In this document: positions 1 through 12,845 of the stretch, one piece after another
Numbering within the stretch: position 1 is the first letter of the stretch
Layout: every line of letters starts with the position of its first letter
Assembly (NCBI RefSeq): GCF_009914755.1
Contig: NC_060940.1
Reading direction: 5' to 3' (one strand)
DNA length: 64,000 nt
From: the human T2T-CHM13v2.0 reference genome, Homo sapiens
Notes under the pieces: model-generated
What the model was told of the DNA's origin: nothing
What the model saw: only the letters and a program-made list of their open reading frames with translations
Database searches by the model: none
Position numbers and translations under genes: made by a program

Positions 1-104
1 CACCATCAGAAATTCTGTGTCCCCCAACCCTCCACAGGTATCTGAGCTGAGACCGAGCTGCTGCTGGTATCTCAGTGATGAGCGAGACCTCAAGCAGGGT
101 GGAG

Positions 105-310
105 TAGGTGGCAGTGCAGGCTTTGGAGTTGCTGACGAGGTTCAAGTCCCTGCACCAATGCTCCCCATCCCTGTGGCCTTGAGTACATGGTGAAACCGCA
201 TGAGGCTCAATTTCCTCATCTGTAAAATGGGAACCTTTCTGGCAGTGTCCTTGCTTGTGTAGATGAAGTGGGGGCAGGTAAATCAAGCACCTGTACCCAG
301 CCTGGCACAT
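105..310 (+). mobile_element. MIR
   Basis: MIR core ctcaatttcctcatctgtaaaatggga. Confidence 0.7.
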
Positions 311-595
311 GCAATTTCAGCCAGGGGGTCTCACCAGCGGCCCAGCCAGAAAAACAGGCTTCAGCCCAGGCCCAGGCCCCCTCAGTTACATGTACCCCCT
401 CAGGTACAAAGCCAGCACCTGTGGGGTACAGCTGAGCCCTGGAATTTTTTAAGGTCCCCAGCTGATCCTCAGAGGCAGCTGTGATGATTCAGTTTATGTG
501 TCAGCCTGACTGGGCTAAGGGGTGCCCAGATAGCGGCATGACATGATTTCCAAGTGTGACTGGGAGGGTGTTTCTGCAAGAAAGTAGAATTTGCA

Positions 596-909
596 GTAGG
601 GTGAGGTGGCTCATGCCTGTAATCCCAGCACTTTGGGAGGCTGTGGTGGGTGGATCACTTGAGGTCGGGAGTTCGAGACCAACCTGACCAACACGGTGAA
701 ATCCTGTCTCTACCGAAAATACAAAAATTAGCTGGGCGTGGTGGTGGGCACCTGTAGTCCCAGCTACTCAGGAGGCTGAGACATGAGAATCGCTTGAACC
801 CAGGAGGCAGAGGTCTGCAGTGAGCCGAGATTGGCCACTGCAGTGAGCCGAGATTGGCCACTGCACTCCAGCCTGGGTGACAGAGTGAGACCCTATCTCA
901 AAAAAAAAA
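596..909 (+). mobile_element. Alu (S-type) with internal 23-bp duplication
   Basis: Dimeric Alu with A tail. Confidence 0.95.
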
Positions 910-1218
910 GTGGGGGCTGGGGGAGAGAGTAGCATTTGAAAGAGTAGACTGAGTGAAGAAGATCACCCTCACCACTGTGGGCGGCCACCATTCAATCCAT
1001 TGAGGGCCCAAATAAAACAAGGAGGAAAAAGGTAAAATTTGCTTTCTGCTTGATCCCGTATGTCCATCTTCGCCTGCCCTTGGACATCAGAGGCCCTGGC
1101 TCTCGGGCCTTCCAGCTTGGACTGGAACGACACTGGCTTTCCTGGGCCTCCCAGCTTGCAGACGGCAGATTCTAGGACCCCTTGGCCTCCAGAATTGCAT
1201 GAGCCAATTCCCATAATA

Positions 1219-1354
1219 CAGACGGCCCCCAACTTATAAGGGTTCAACTGACAATTTTTCAACCTTATGACAGGTTTATCGAGGTACTAAAGTTGTTTTC
1301 AACTTAGGATGTGTTTATTGGGATGTAGCCTCATTGTAAATTGAGGGGCATCTG
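1219..1354. mobile_element. MER47/Tigger5-derived MITE
   Basis: TIRs cagacggcccccaacttat / tgtaaattgaggggcatctg with TA on both sides. Confidence 0.75.
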
Positions 1355-1364
1355 TAAATCTCAT

Positions 1365-1654
<290 letters not shown>

Positions 1655-4156
1655 TATAAATCTATATATCTATACCTGCCTACCTATCTACCTACCTATC
1701 TGTATCTCCTGTTGGTTCTGTTTCTCTGAAGAATCCTGACTGATACAGCACCCAAAATAAGAAGCCAGCCTGGCCCACCTCTGCAGCCCACCCTGGCTAC
1801 ACCCCACCACTTGGAGCACACAAGCCCTCTGCCCTGTCCTGGAAGACCCCTCAACTGATTCCCCTCCCAGGACCTTGGCACCTGCCTTTCCTCCCTCCAG
1901 CCCCCTCCCCAACCTCTGCACCTGCACCCATCCTCTGTCGTTATCCTCCGTCCACAGAATCAGTGTTACTTCCAGGGACTATTCTGACGTCAGACCCCTG
2001 CTTTCCTCCATCAGCAGCTGCCACCCATTTCTTTCCTGGCGTTTGTCACACCTCAAAGGATTTTTGTTTCTTTGCCATGAGCAAAATCTCATGGCTTTCG
2101 TTTGGGGAACCCCTGACATCAGAGGCCTGAAAGGAGGACACAGTGCAGCTGGTTTATTTGGGTAGTGGCCCCAGGAAGCTGGAGTGGGAGCTGGGAGAGA
2201 AGGGCAGGAGGCCAGTAGACAGGGCACAGCTGGCCTGGTCACCGCCAGACACTGCTGGGGGCACTTGATACTCAGCCTCTCTGGAGCCCCTCTGCAGAGC
2301 TGCATAGATGAGCCTTGGGACTGGTCCTGGGAGGGGCAGGAGGTCAGGCATTTATCCCCCAACTCTCATGCCCTGTTGGCTGAGGACTGTCCCATGCCAT
2401 GAAGGTCCTGCTTCCTCCCAGCTGCCTCGCCTGGAGCCGAGATGGCTCCTGAGTGAGCTCCTCATTTGGACAGAAAATTGGAGACTCAACAGGCACATGG
2501 GCTGGAAGACTGGTGGGGGCCTGGGGACCTGGAGTGGATGCAGGGAGGCGCTACCAGACCCCAAACACAGTAGCCACACCCCCCAAACCAGAGGTTACAA
2601 ATGGGCAGCCCCTGGGTCCAGTGCAGCCCCTCTGTGTGTTCCGTTTGGCCATCAAAGGCTTTTAAAAGAACCATTGAGCCAAGATTTTAAACGTCGGGGA
2701 TCTGGTACAAATACCTGGATTCCTGGCTTCTCTTTAAAAATCACATGTGAGGATCTTGGGCCCTTGTCCACCTGGATAGAAGTACGGACCAGTCTTTGGC
2801 AGGTGTGGGCTCCCCACCCTGTCAGCTCCCCCAACACCTGGGCCTAGGGGCAGACTGGTGATCGGTGGCTGGTACAGTATTTTCTCCTTACCCTGACCCC
2901 TTCACCTCCAGTAGCCCTTCCGAACCCCTGGGTCAGGTGCAGGGAGCTCAATATTTGATTAGCCCAGCCCCTGTGGGTAAACTGAGGCCACCCTCCTGAG
3001 CACTCTCCGCTGCTACCCGCATGTCCCCTCCCCAAGAAGGCAGCTAAAAATATTCAAGTTGCTGCCCTATGGGCCGAGACCCAGGGCCTCCTCACTCTCT
3101 CATTCCACCTCCGCCTGTGTGCCTGCTTGGGCTGCATCCTGGGGACACAGAGGTGACCTGAACACAGCCATTGCCCTCACAAAGGACAGGATCTAACAAC
3201 AGACAGGCAGACCATGACTTCCCAGCTGTGGCATCTGCACACAGGGCACAGAAACTAACTTCTTAGGCCTCCATTTCCTCATCTGGAAAATGGGTCGCTC
3301 CCTGGGTTCCCTCTCCCCATTTGCATGCCCCAGCGGATGGTAGGAACCACTCCGCTTGTTCATTCAATCCCCGTGTTTGTTCTTTGGCTCCACTCTGCAG
3401 CACTAGCTCCCGGGCCAGGCTGGGCGTGGCGTAGATGGAAGATGGTAAAGAAGCCAGCTAGAAAGGCAGGAACGCAGCGTGACGGTGCCATACCCAGAGG
3501 GCCTGCCTGGGCAGCCCCCAGAGGCCTTCAAAGCTACACTGGAGAGCTTGGCTGAGGGACCAATGGCAATGGCACACACTGAAGTGTTTTAGACAAAAAA
3601 AACCGCCTGGCTGGATGTGGCTGGCAAGAAGATGGCCGGAGCTGCAGGTGACGAGTGATCAAGAGGAGCCCATGGCAGTGGGGACAGGTCACAGCTGAAG
3701 TGGGTGACCTGCAACATGTTCAGCAGGTAAAATTGACAGGTTTGGTCGGACTGGCCACAAGGGAGAGGACGGGTAAAGGACAGCTCTTGGTCTCTGGCCA
3801 GGCCGGCGGCTCAACAAGTGTCCAAACAAACCATCCGTGTGCCCGGTGTCTACCTGAGCTGCCGTCACCTCTTCCTTTGCCGGGTTTCATTTTTCTCTTT
3901 TGCTGTGTTGCTGCAACTGGTTGCCAAAAGGACTGCACAGCTCTCCTGGCAATTTGGCAAAGTCTAGAACAACAGTATTTCCCATAATCTCACCATTAAA
4001 GGACAACCCTTGTGGACATCCTGGCAGATTTCTTTCTGGTCTTTTTTCTATGCATTTTAGAATTGAAATAACACAGTGGGTGTCATTTCATGTCATGCTT
4101 TTGACCCAGCGTGACATGATATGGTTCATCATTTCTCCACGATCCTGGAAACTCCA

Positions 4157-4456
4157 TTTTTTTTTTTTTTTTTTTTTGAGATGGAGTCTCATGCTGTTGC
4201 CTAGGCAGGAGTGCAGTGGTGCCATCTCAGCTCACCGCAACCTCTGCCTCCCGGGTTCAGGCAATTCTGCCTCAGTGTCCTGAGTAGCTGGGATTACAGG
4301 CATGCACCAACATGCCCGGCTAATTTTTGTATTTTTAGTAGAGATGGGTTTTCCCCATGTTGCCCTGCCTCATCTCAAACTCCTGGGCTCAAGCAATTTG
4401 CCCACCTCAGCCTCCCAAAGTGCTGGGATTACAGGTGCGAGCCACTGAGTCTGGCC
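4157..4456 (-). mobile_element. Alu
   Basis: T tail; TSD tggaaactccattt at 4146 and 4458. Confidence 0.95.
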
Positions 4457-4479
4457 ATGGAAACTCCATTTCTAAAGTG

Positions 4480-4760
4480 TGTAACAAGTTCTGCTGCAGG
4501 GAATGTATCCCTGTGGCTAGCTGTGCACCCTCGTGGTCTATCCACATTTTATATTACCTCCCCAGAAGAGGTCCTGAGCATGGGAATTACTAGATCATAG
4601 AAAGGTAAACCATCTTAAGACTCTGGCTACAAATTGCCAGATTGCTTTCCAAAAATATTGGACCACTGACACTCTCACCAGCGATGTACACAAGTGCCCA
4701 TCTCACCACAGCCTCCCCACCGCCAAATGTTGTACATTTTAAATCTTTCCCGATTTACAG
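4480..4760 (-). mobile_element. Old L1 (L1M) 3' fragment
   Basis: gggaattactagatcatag..attgccagattgctttcc..ctctcaccagcgatgtac resembles the antisense L1 ORF2 end. Confidence 0.6.
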
Positions 4761-5820
4761 CCCAGCTCAGAGTTCACCTCCTCTGAGAAGCCTCCTCAGA
4801 TTTCCCCTCTCCATCCTCGACATTCCCACAGCCAGCGGCCCCCCTCCCTCCACTTGTCCCTAGTCCATCCCAGCTGGAGGTCTGACGTTCCAGGGCTGGA
4901 GTCTCCTCTGATCCAGGTGAGGCCCCCAGCAGCTTCCCAGCCTCAATCAGCCTGCATATTTTGAGTCTCTTGTAGATGGTGGGAAGCCTTCTAGTAGTAT
5001 CATCTTCTTTTACAGAACAGCAACTGAGACCCAGACCAGGGAGGCTGAGTGACTGATCCTGAGTCACACAGCTATGAGGCAGTGTTGCTGCAGCTAAAAT
5101 AGCAGCAAAAACTCCCACTTAATGGGCACTTCCTCCAGGCCAGGCTTAGCTAAGCAGTTTCTAAGCCTAATCGGAGTTCATACTCCCAATAACCTTGCTG
5201 CGCTGGGACTATTATTATCCCCATGTTACAGATGGCGGACCCTTGAACCAGGGCCACTTGGCTGAGAAGCGAAGTCCCCCCTGGGACTTGGACCTAAAAT
5301 CTGAAGTCGGCAGTGCCTTGAGCAGGAGTCCACGAGCCTGGTCCAGTGCCCTGGGCCTGGCATCCTTTGCCTCTCACAGAGCAGATACAGGCAGCCAAAG
5401 ACAGAAGGAGCCCCCACCCCACACCGTGACCAGGGCCAGAGCAGGCCTTGTGCCAGCTCCAGGTGCCACAGCAGGGCACCTGCCCCACCCCGCCCCCACC
5501 TTGGGTTGCCCTGCAGATTCACAGGAACAGCCTGGAGCCCACCCAATCTCAGTGGCTTCTCTCGAACATGCTTATCTCCCACCCCTTATTGACTTGGGGC
5601 TTTTCCTGCCAATCTGCCCAAGCGGGAACAGCCCTTTTCAGAGTAACTGCTGCCAAAATCCATTGGCGCAGCGCACCGTCTGCCTGGGCCTTGATGGCAT
5701 CTGTCATGAGAGGTGGGAACTAGAAAGCCCCATCCTCGGGCCCCTCCCCAGGAGGCTTCAGCAGGTGGAGAGGGAAGGCTTGGCTTCTCCCAGGACTTGA
5801 ACATTGATCCAGCAAAACTT

Positions 5821-6131
5821 AGCTGGGCACAGTGGCTCACATCTGTAATCCCAGCACTTTTGGGAGTCTGAGGTGGGAGAATCACTTGAGCCCAGGAGTT
5901 TGAGACCAGCCTGACCAACATGGCGAAACCCCATCTCTACTAAAAATACAAAAAATAGCTGGGTGTGGTGGCATGCGCCTGTAGTCCCAACTACTCAGGT
6001 GGCTGAGGCATGAGAATCGCCTGAACACAGGAGACGGAGGTTGCAGTGAGCTGAGATCATGTCACTGCACTCCAGCTTGGGTGATAGAGTGGCACTTTGT
6101 CTAAAAAAACAAAAAACAAACAAACAAAAAA
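5821..6131 (+). mobile_element. Alu
   Basis: Dimeric Alu, (CAAA) tail. Confidence 0.95.
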
Positions 6132-6745
6132 CGTTGACTGAGCACATACTGTGTACCAGACACTGTACAGGTCACTAGGGAGGCAGCAGTAAATGACTCA
6201 GACAAGGGAGGGAAGGACCTCCCAGCAGGGGACATAGGCAACAAAGAAAATTAAAAATAGGTAAATTCTATAAAAATACAGCCAAGGAAGGGGGATCAGC
6301 AGGCCAGTAAGGGGAAGAAAGGAGCTACCGTTTTAAACCAGGAGGTCAGGGAAGGTTGTTCTGAGAAAGGACTTTGAGCAGAGATTGAAGGAGGTGAGTG
6401 AGAGAACCTCATGGATGTCTGGGGTGACAGCACCCCAGGCAGAGGGAACAGCCAGTGCAAAGGCCCTGGAGCACCCTGGAGGAGCTGCGAGCACTGGCAT
6501 GGCTGGAGAGGAGCTAGGGAGAGTAAGGGTAGAGGTGTCAGAGCAATGATGGGGAAGACCGGGGAGGCCACAGAGGATGCCTTGGCCTCTCCTCTGAGAA
6601 GGATGGGGAGCCCTGGAGGACTGGGGGGAGAGGGCTGTGGCACAACCTAGGTTTTAACAGGACCACTCAGACCTCTGCTTGGAGAACACCCTGGGGCAGG
6701 GTGAGGGTGGAGGCCAGGAGGTCAGCTAGAAGGTGACTGCCAAAA
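6132..6745 (-). mobile_element. L2 3' fragment
   Basis: ctgagcacatactgtgtaccagacactg and ccaggcagagggaacagccagtgcaaaggccctggag. Confidence 0.8.
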
Positions 6746-6787
6746 GTCCAGCTTACCAGTCTCACAGGGGAGGGCTCCCAGAGACAT

Positions 6788-6810
6788 GCACACACACACA
6801 CACACACACA
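6788..6810. repeat. (CA)n microsatellite
   Basis: About 11 CA units. Confidence 0.9.
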
Positions 6811-7379
6811 GGTGTGCAATGCATGTGTGTACCCATATGTACACACATGTACAGAGAGACCCTGGGGCTAGACAAGCATGGTTTTAACTCCTGATTCTAC
6901 AACCAACTTTCTGTGTGACCAAGAGCAAGTGACTGGACATCTCTGAACTTCAGTTTCCCCTCCTGCAAGATGGAAGTTCAGACACCTTCTTTCCAGAGTG
7001 CCTGTGTGCAAAGTCTGCACACCAGCTTCACCAAGAGGGGTCATGAGTGGCTGGCCCCCAGCAGGCACTCATACAGTGACCCTTTTCTCCTTGACGTGCC
7101 ACAAGATTGGTGAATAAACCAGTTGCCCTTGTCTCTGGCTTCAGGGAGTGGCTACTGAGAGGTGCCTTGCAGTCCCATGACCCTCTGGGCAGGATTGTCC
7201 CAGGCTGGGCAGGGGGCTGAAGAAGCTACCACTGCCTTTAGGGAGCTGCAGTCTCTGGACAGGCAGCCCCATAAGCAGCCCCAGTGCAGGGTCCAGCCAC
7301 CCACCTAGGACACTCCAGGCTCAGTGGCTACTCACAGAGCTTCCTCTCATGCTTTTCAGCTGTGAGAAGGTGATTGTGA

Positions 7380-7799
<420 letters not shown>

Positions 7800-7814
7800 C
7801 ATCTGCATCATAAC

Positions 7815-8070
7815 TTTTCTTCTTTCTCCTCTTCCTCTCTTCCCCTTCCTCTTCATCCTCTTCCTCTTCTTCTTTCTCTTCATCATCAGTCATTATCATG
7901 ATGATCATCTTTTCCTCCTCCTCATCCTCCTCCTCTTCCTCCTCCTCATCTTTTCCTTCTTTGCCTCCCTCTTCCTCCTCATCCTGCTCTTCTTCTTCTT
8001 CCTCCTCTTCCTCCTCTTCCTCCTCTTCTCCTCCTCCTCCTTCCTTCTTCCTTCTTCTTCCTCCTCTTCT
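7815..8070. repeat. (TCC/TCT)n polypyrimidine tract
   Basis: Almost entirely C/T; adjoins the tail of the Alu at 8070. Confidence 0.9.
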
Positions 8071-8352
8071 TTTTGGAGATGGGATCTCACTCTGTCACCA
8101 AGGCTGGAGTACAGTGGTGCAATCTCAGCTCACTGTAACTGCTGTCTCCCAGGCTCAAGGGATTCTTCCACCTCAGCCTCCCAAGTAGCTGGGAGGTGCA
8201 CACCATCACATCTGGCTAACTTTTGTGTTTTTTTGTACAGACAGGGTCTCACCATGTTGCCCAGGCAGGTCTCAAACTCCTGGCCTGAAGCAATCCTCCC
8301 ACCTTGGCCTTCCAAAGTACTGGGATTATAGGTGTGAGTCACCACACTGGCC
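8070..8352 (-). mobile_element. Alu (J-type)
   Basis: Antisense Alu. Confidence 0.92.
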
Positions 8353-8959
8353 TTGTTTTATTTTCATTGCATTTATTTAGTTACCTGCTATTTGTGGCAA
8401 GCTGGGCTGGTGTTCTGCTTGTAGAGTATTGTGGGATGTACTTTTAAGTTGAAATTACCTTTTAAAATTGTTGCGTTTTAAATAAATTGTTAAATAATGG
8501 TGCTCAGCCATGGTTCAACCACAGAAGTGGTACTTTAAAGGCTTGAATTAGAAGAAGGATGGCCTACAAGTTAGACCTGAGCCCCTTAGCCTGGCAGTCT
8601 AATCGCTGGACTGTTGATTCACTTTTCAACTATCTTAGCCTCCGAGAGGCTCTTCATTACCTTGACATTTGCTATTTTGTGTTTCAGAGCCTTTGCAGGC
8701 GATTTCTTGGGCCTGGTGAACTCATGCATCCTTCAAAGCCCTGCTCAAGCCTCAGCTCCCTGGGGAAGCAGGTCCAGGCTTCTGTGAGTTGTTGGGAGCC
8801 CCTCAGCTCTGCCCCCTGTAGCCCTTTGTTCATGGTTTGTGGGGTCAGTCACCCTGAGTGCCTGCCCAGCAGCCACATGCATGTCTCTGCCCATAGAGCC
8901 CCATTGTGTACACCAGGCACTGAGCCCAGCACCAAGGGAGAAATCATCGCCATCCTCTT

Positions 8960-9200
8960 TTCCTTCCAGTGATTGGTCCAGGGGGTAAGCATGTGACCTT
9001 CTTTTACCCAGTGAGATATAAGGAGTAGGGGAATTTTGGATGGAGAGGGGAGAGCTTCCTGAAAAGATTTTCCTCCCTGACAAATTAAAGATCCTGGAAG
9101 AGAAAGATATTTTCCCCCCTCAGGATCTATTCTCCTAAGGAGGTGATGTATGGGGCTGGGGCAGCCATGTTAGAACCATGAGGCACAGAAGCCACAGCAA
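8960..9200 (+). mobile_element. LTR16-like (ERVL) fragment
   Basis: gtgattggtccagggggtaagcatgtgacc..gcagccatgttagaaccatgagg. Confidence 0.55.
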
Positions 9201-9491
9201 GAACAGGGGCTGTCTCATGCCAAAGCAAGCTCAACGGGGCAGATGGAGGGCAGAGGTTCAGAGGGTTGGGAGCCTGGGGGTCAGGCTGGGATAGGGTGAT
9301 GGATAGGCAGACCCCAGGCCAAGGGAGGGAGAGGAGCTGAAGCCTCAAACACAGAAGGCACAACCCACAGCCCCTCCTCCCGCTCACACCATTTCCTCCC
9401 TTCTGCCTCCTCTCCTTCCTCTTCTAGCTCATGTTTTTCACTCCCACATCCATTCATGCACTCATACTTCCTTTGTCTTTTTATTCTTTCC

Positions 9492-9863
9492 TTTTTTTTT
9501 TATCCTCCACACAGAGTTTCGCTCTAACGCCCAGGCTGGGGTGCATGATCTCGGCTCACTGTAGCCTCCACTTCCCGAGTTTAAGTGATTCTCCTGCCTC
9601 AGAAGTCAGGGAGTGGTTTCTCCAGCTGGTTCTGGCTCAGCCTCTCCCATGAGGCTGCAGTTAGGATACGGGCAGGGGCTATTCTCCTGAATAGCTGGGA
9701 TTACAAGTGTGCACCACCATGCCTAGCTAATTTCTGTATTTTTCAGTAGAGATAGGGTTTCACCATGTTTCCCAGGCTGATCTCGAACTCCTGACCTCAA
9801 GTGATCCACTCGCCTCAGCCTCCCAAAGTGTTCGGATTACAGGCGTGAGCCACCATGCCCAGT
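9492..9863 (-). mobile_element. Alu (S-type) carrying an 82-bp templated insertion
   Basis: Alu consensus interrupted at 9599-9680. Confidence 0.93.
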
Positions 9864-9979
9864 CCACTCATACTTTCAATAAGCATTCATTATGTACTTA
9901 CTGTGCTCAGGCCCCTTGGAAGGAGCAAGAGGATTGGCAGTAATAACAGCAACCCATGTGGATTCAGCAGCTTGGTGGT

Positions 9980-10282
9980 TTTATTTCTATTTTTATTTGG
10001 AGACAGGATCCCACTCTGTCACACAGACTGGAGTGCTGGGGCACGATCATGGCTCTCTGCAGCCTTGACTTCCTGGGCTCAAGTGATCCTCCCACCTTAG
10101 CCTCCCGGGTAGCTAAGACTGCAGGCATGCACCAACACACCTGGCTAATATTTTCTATTTTAAGTAGAGAAGAGGTCTCGCTATGTTGCCCAGGCTGGTC
10201 TCGAACTCCTGAGCTCAAGCAATCCTCCCACCTCCATCTCCCAAAGTGCTGGTCCTATAGGCATGAGCCACCGCACCTGGAC
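9980..10282 (-). mobile_element. Alu (J-type)
   Basis: TSD-like cagcttggtggttt / caacttggtggcttt. Confidence 0.92.
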
Positions 10283-10286
10283 AACT

Positions 10287-10783
10287 TGGTGGCTTTCAAA
10301 TATGTCCGCAAATTCTTTGACACCCCTGCCTTCAAAAGATAGAGCTTAACTGTCCTTCCTCTACGTGTAGACTGCACCCACTTCTAATGAATAGATAAGA
10401 TTAGGATATAAAAGGCATTGCAGCCTCCTCTTTCCTCTCTCTCAGGTCACTTTCCCTGGGGGTAGTCAGCTGTCGTGTCACGAGGACATTCAAACAGCCC
10501 TGTGGGAAGACCCATGTGACAAGGAGCTGAGGCCTCCAGCAAACAGCCAGGTGAGTGAGCCATCTCAGAAGCAGAGCCTCCAGCCCCGGCCAAACCTTCA
10601 GATAATGCAGCCCCTGCCCGTATCCTAACTGCAGCCTCATGGGAGAGGCTGAGCCAGAACCAGCTGGAGAAACCACTCCCTGACTTCTGACCCTCAGAAA
10701 CAGTGCCAAATCATGAATGTTTATTATTTTAAGCTGTTAAACTTTGGGGATAATTTGTTATGTGGCAGTAGATAAGCAACACA
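10287..10783 (+). mobile_element. MLT1F-type MaLR LTR
   Basis: tggtggctttcaaatatgtccgcaaattctttga..taatttgttatgtggcagtagataagcaacaCA. Confidence 0.82.
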
Positions 10784-10789
10784 AGTAAA

Positions 10790-10970
10790 AGGGATTGCTT
10801 TACTAAGTGCCTTATGTGTATTAATGTATTCAATTCTCCCAACAATGTTATGTCTTTCCAGATGAAGACCATGAGGCTCAGAGAGGTTTGTTAACTTGCC
10901 CAAGGCCAAACAGCTGGTAAGTGGGACAATCCTGGAGGAACATTGAGTCCAGAAAGGAGATCAGACTTGC
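10790..10970 (-). mobile_element. MIR
   Basis: tgaggctcagagaggtttgttaacttgcccaaggcc. Confidence 0.75.
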
Positions 10971-10972
10971 AG

Positions 10973-11270
10973 ATTTTTTTTTTTTTTTTGAGATGGAGTC
11001 TCTCTCTGCCACCCAGGCTGGAGTGCAGTGGCACAATCTTTGCTCACTGCAGCCTCCGCCTCCTGGGTCCAAGAGATTCTCCTACCTTAGCCTCTCGAGT
11101 AGCTAGGACTACAGTGCCCGCCACCGTGCCCTGCTAATTTTTGTATTTTTAGTACAGAAGGGGTTTCACCATGTTGGCCAGGCCGGTCTCGAACTCCTGA
11201 CCGCGGGTGATCCACCCATCTCAGCCTCCCAAATTGCTGATATTACAGGTGTGAGCCACCGCGCTTGGCC
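10973..11270 (-). mobile_element. Alu (S-type)
   Basis: Antisense Alu. Confidence 0.95.
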
Positions 11271-11604
11271 AAAGATCATTTTAATACCAGGTAGGGAGTG
11301 TGGGAAGTGCCCGTTCTGGGGAGGTGAAGAAAGGAAGACAGCAGCCCTGGCTGGACCCTGAGTGTGTGGGCTGTGAAAGCCCACAGAGGATGGGAGTGGG
11401 CAGGTGCAGTGGAAATCAGACGAGCCTGTGAGCTGCTTCTTGTTGGGACTGGGAGCGACCCGTGAACACACAGGCTAAGAGTGGGCCTGAGACTGTGCCC
11501 ACCCAGTACCCACGGCCTATAAGAGGTGCGTAGAAAAGGCCGGAAGTCCCCCTGCACCCAGGTCCTGGGAATCCCAGAACCAGCGAGAGGCCTAGGTGTC
11601 TGTG

Positions 11605-11940
11605 TGTCTTGGTTAGGGCAGCCTAGGTTGTGCTGCAGAGTCAAGCCTCAACTCACAGTGGCTCAGCACAGCCGGGCTGTGGTTCTGGACCCACCACGTG
11701 TCCCGCATGGGGTGGCAGGGACCGAGCCCATTATAGTCACTCAGGTTCCCAGGCTGATGGAGGCCTCACGCTCTTACAATGCTGCCGCCTCAACATGAGG
11801 TTTCAGGGCTTCCCACAGTGGAAGGAGCCTGGAGAGAGCCACCAGCTCTGAAATGACAGCCCAGGAAGACACAGGTTGCTTCTGCTCACATTTCACTCCG
11901 TGAAGCAAGGCCCAGGACCCCACTGACCTGCAAGGGGGCA
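11605..11940 (-). mobile_element. Old MLT1 (J/K-like) LTR remnant
   Basis: ttagggcagcctaggttgtgctgcag..cagtggctcagcacagc..ctgctcacatttcact. Confidence 0.45.
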
Positions 11941-12463
11941 CACGCCCAGGAGGAGAGAACTGAACACCTTGGGGGATCTAGCAATGTCTCCCACACTCCA
12001 GAAGGCCCCAAACCCGAGAACCATGCTGCCCAGAATGAATGCCACAGTGGGACCAGCCACAGCCAGACAGATTCCACTCCAGGACACCCAAGGCCAGGCA
12101 CAGCCCCAGAGCCAACCAGAGGCTCAGAAGACCCCTCTCCCATTAGGACGCCACCCCTAGGGAAAGGGATGGGGTGGGAAGAAAACAAAAACAGGAGTCC
12201 TGAATCGAAAGAGTGAGCCCAGAAAGAGACTATGCGAGAGCATAGAGACCTTTAAGTGACAAGAGCAGGGTCCCGGCCATCAGCAGGAATGGGCGTCGGG
12301 AGAGAAGAGAAACAAGCTGCCCTGCACAGCCCCACGCCAGTGGGCCCTGCTCCATGCATTTCCCACCCATCAGCTCCTTCTGCCCTCCGACCCTAGGAGC
12401 AGGCTCTGTTGTTCCCCCATTTCACAAAGAACCCAAGACCCAGGCAGGTTAGCGTAAGAATAT

Positions 12464-12703
12464 GCCAAGGCAGGCAGATCGCTTGAGTCCAGAAGTTTGA
12501 GACCAGCCTGGGCAAAACCCCCATCTCCACAAAAAGTACCAAAATTCGCCAGGCAGGGTGGCGTGTGCCTGTATTCTCAGCTACTGAACAGGCTGAGGTG
12601 GGAGGATTGCTTAAGCCCAGGAGTTAGAGGCTGCAGTGAGTTGTGATCGCACTGCTACACTCCAGCCTGGGCAACAGAGCACGACCCTGTCTTTTTTTAA
12701 AAA
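12464..12703 (+). mobile_element. 5'-truncated Alu (J-type)
   Basis: Starts gccaaggcaggcagatc. Confidence 0.9.
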
Positions 12704-12845
12704 AGGAAAGAAGGAAGGAAGGAAAGAAGGAAGGGAGGAAGGGAGGAAGGGAGGAAGGGAAGGGAGGGAAGGAACGAAGGAGGGAGGGAAGGAAAAAGGA
12801 AAGGGGAGGGGAGGGAAGGGGAGGGGAAAAAGGAGAGGAGAGGGA
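12699..12845. repeat. (GGAA/GGGA)n polypurine tract
   Basis: Alu-tail-derived purine run. Confidence 0.9.

Noticed and set aside
6822-6849. 11-bp inverted repeat catgtgtgtac/gtacacacatg (similar at ~51790-51875)
   Set aside because: Expected from adjacent CA/TG/TA repeats
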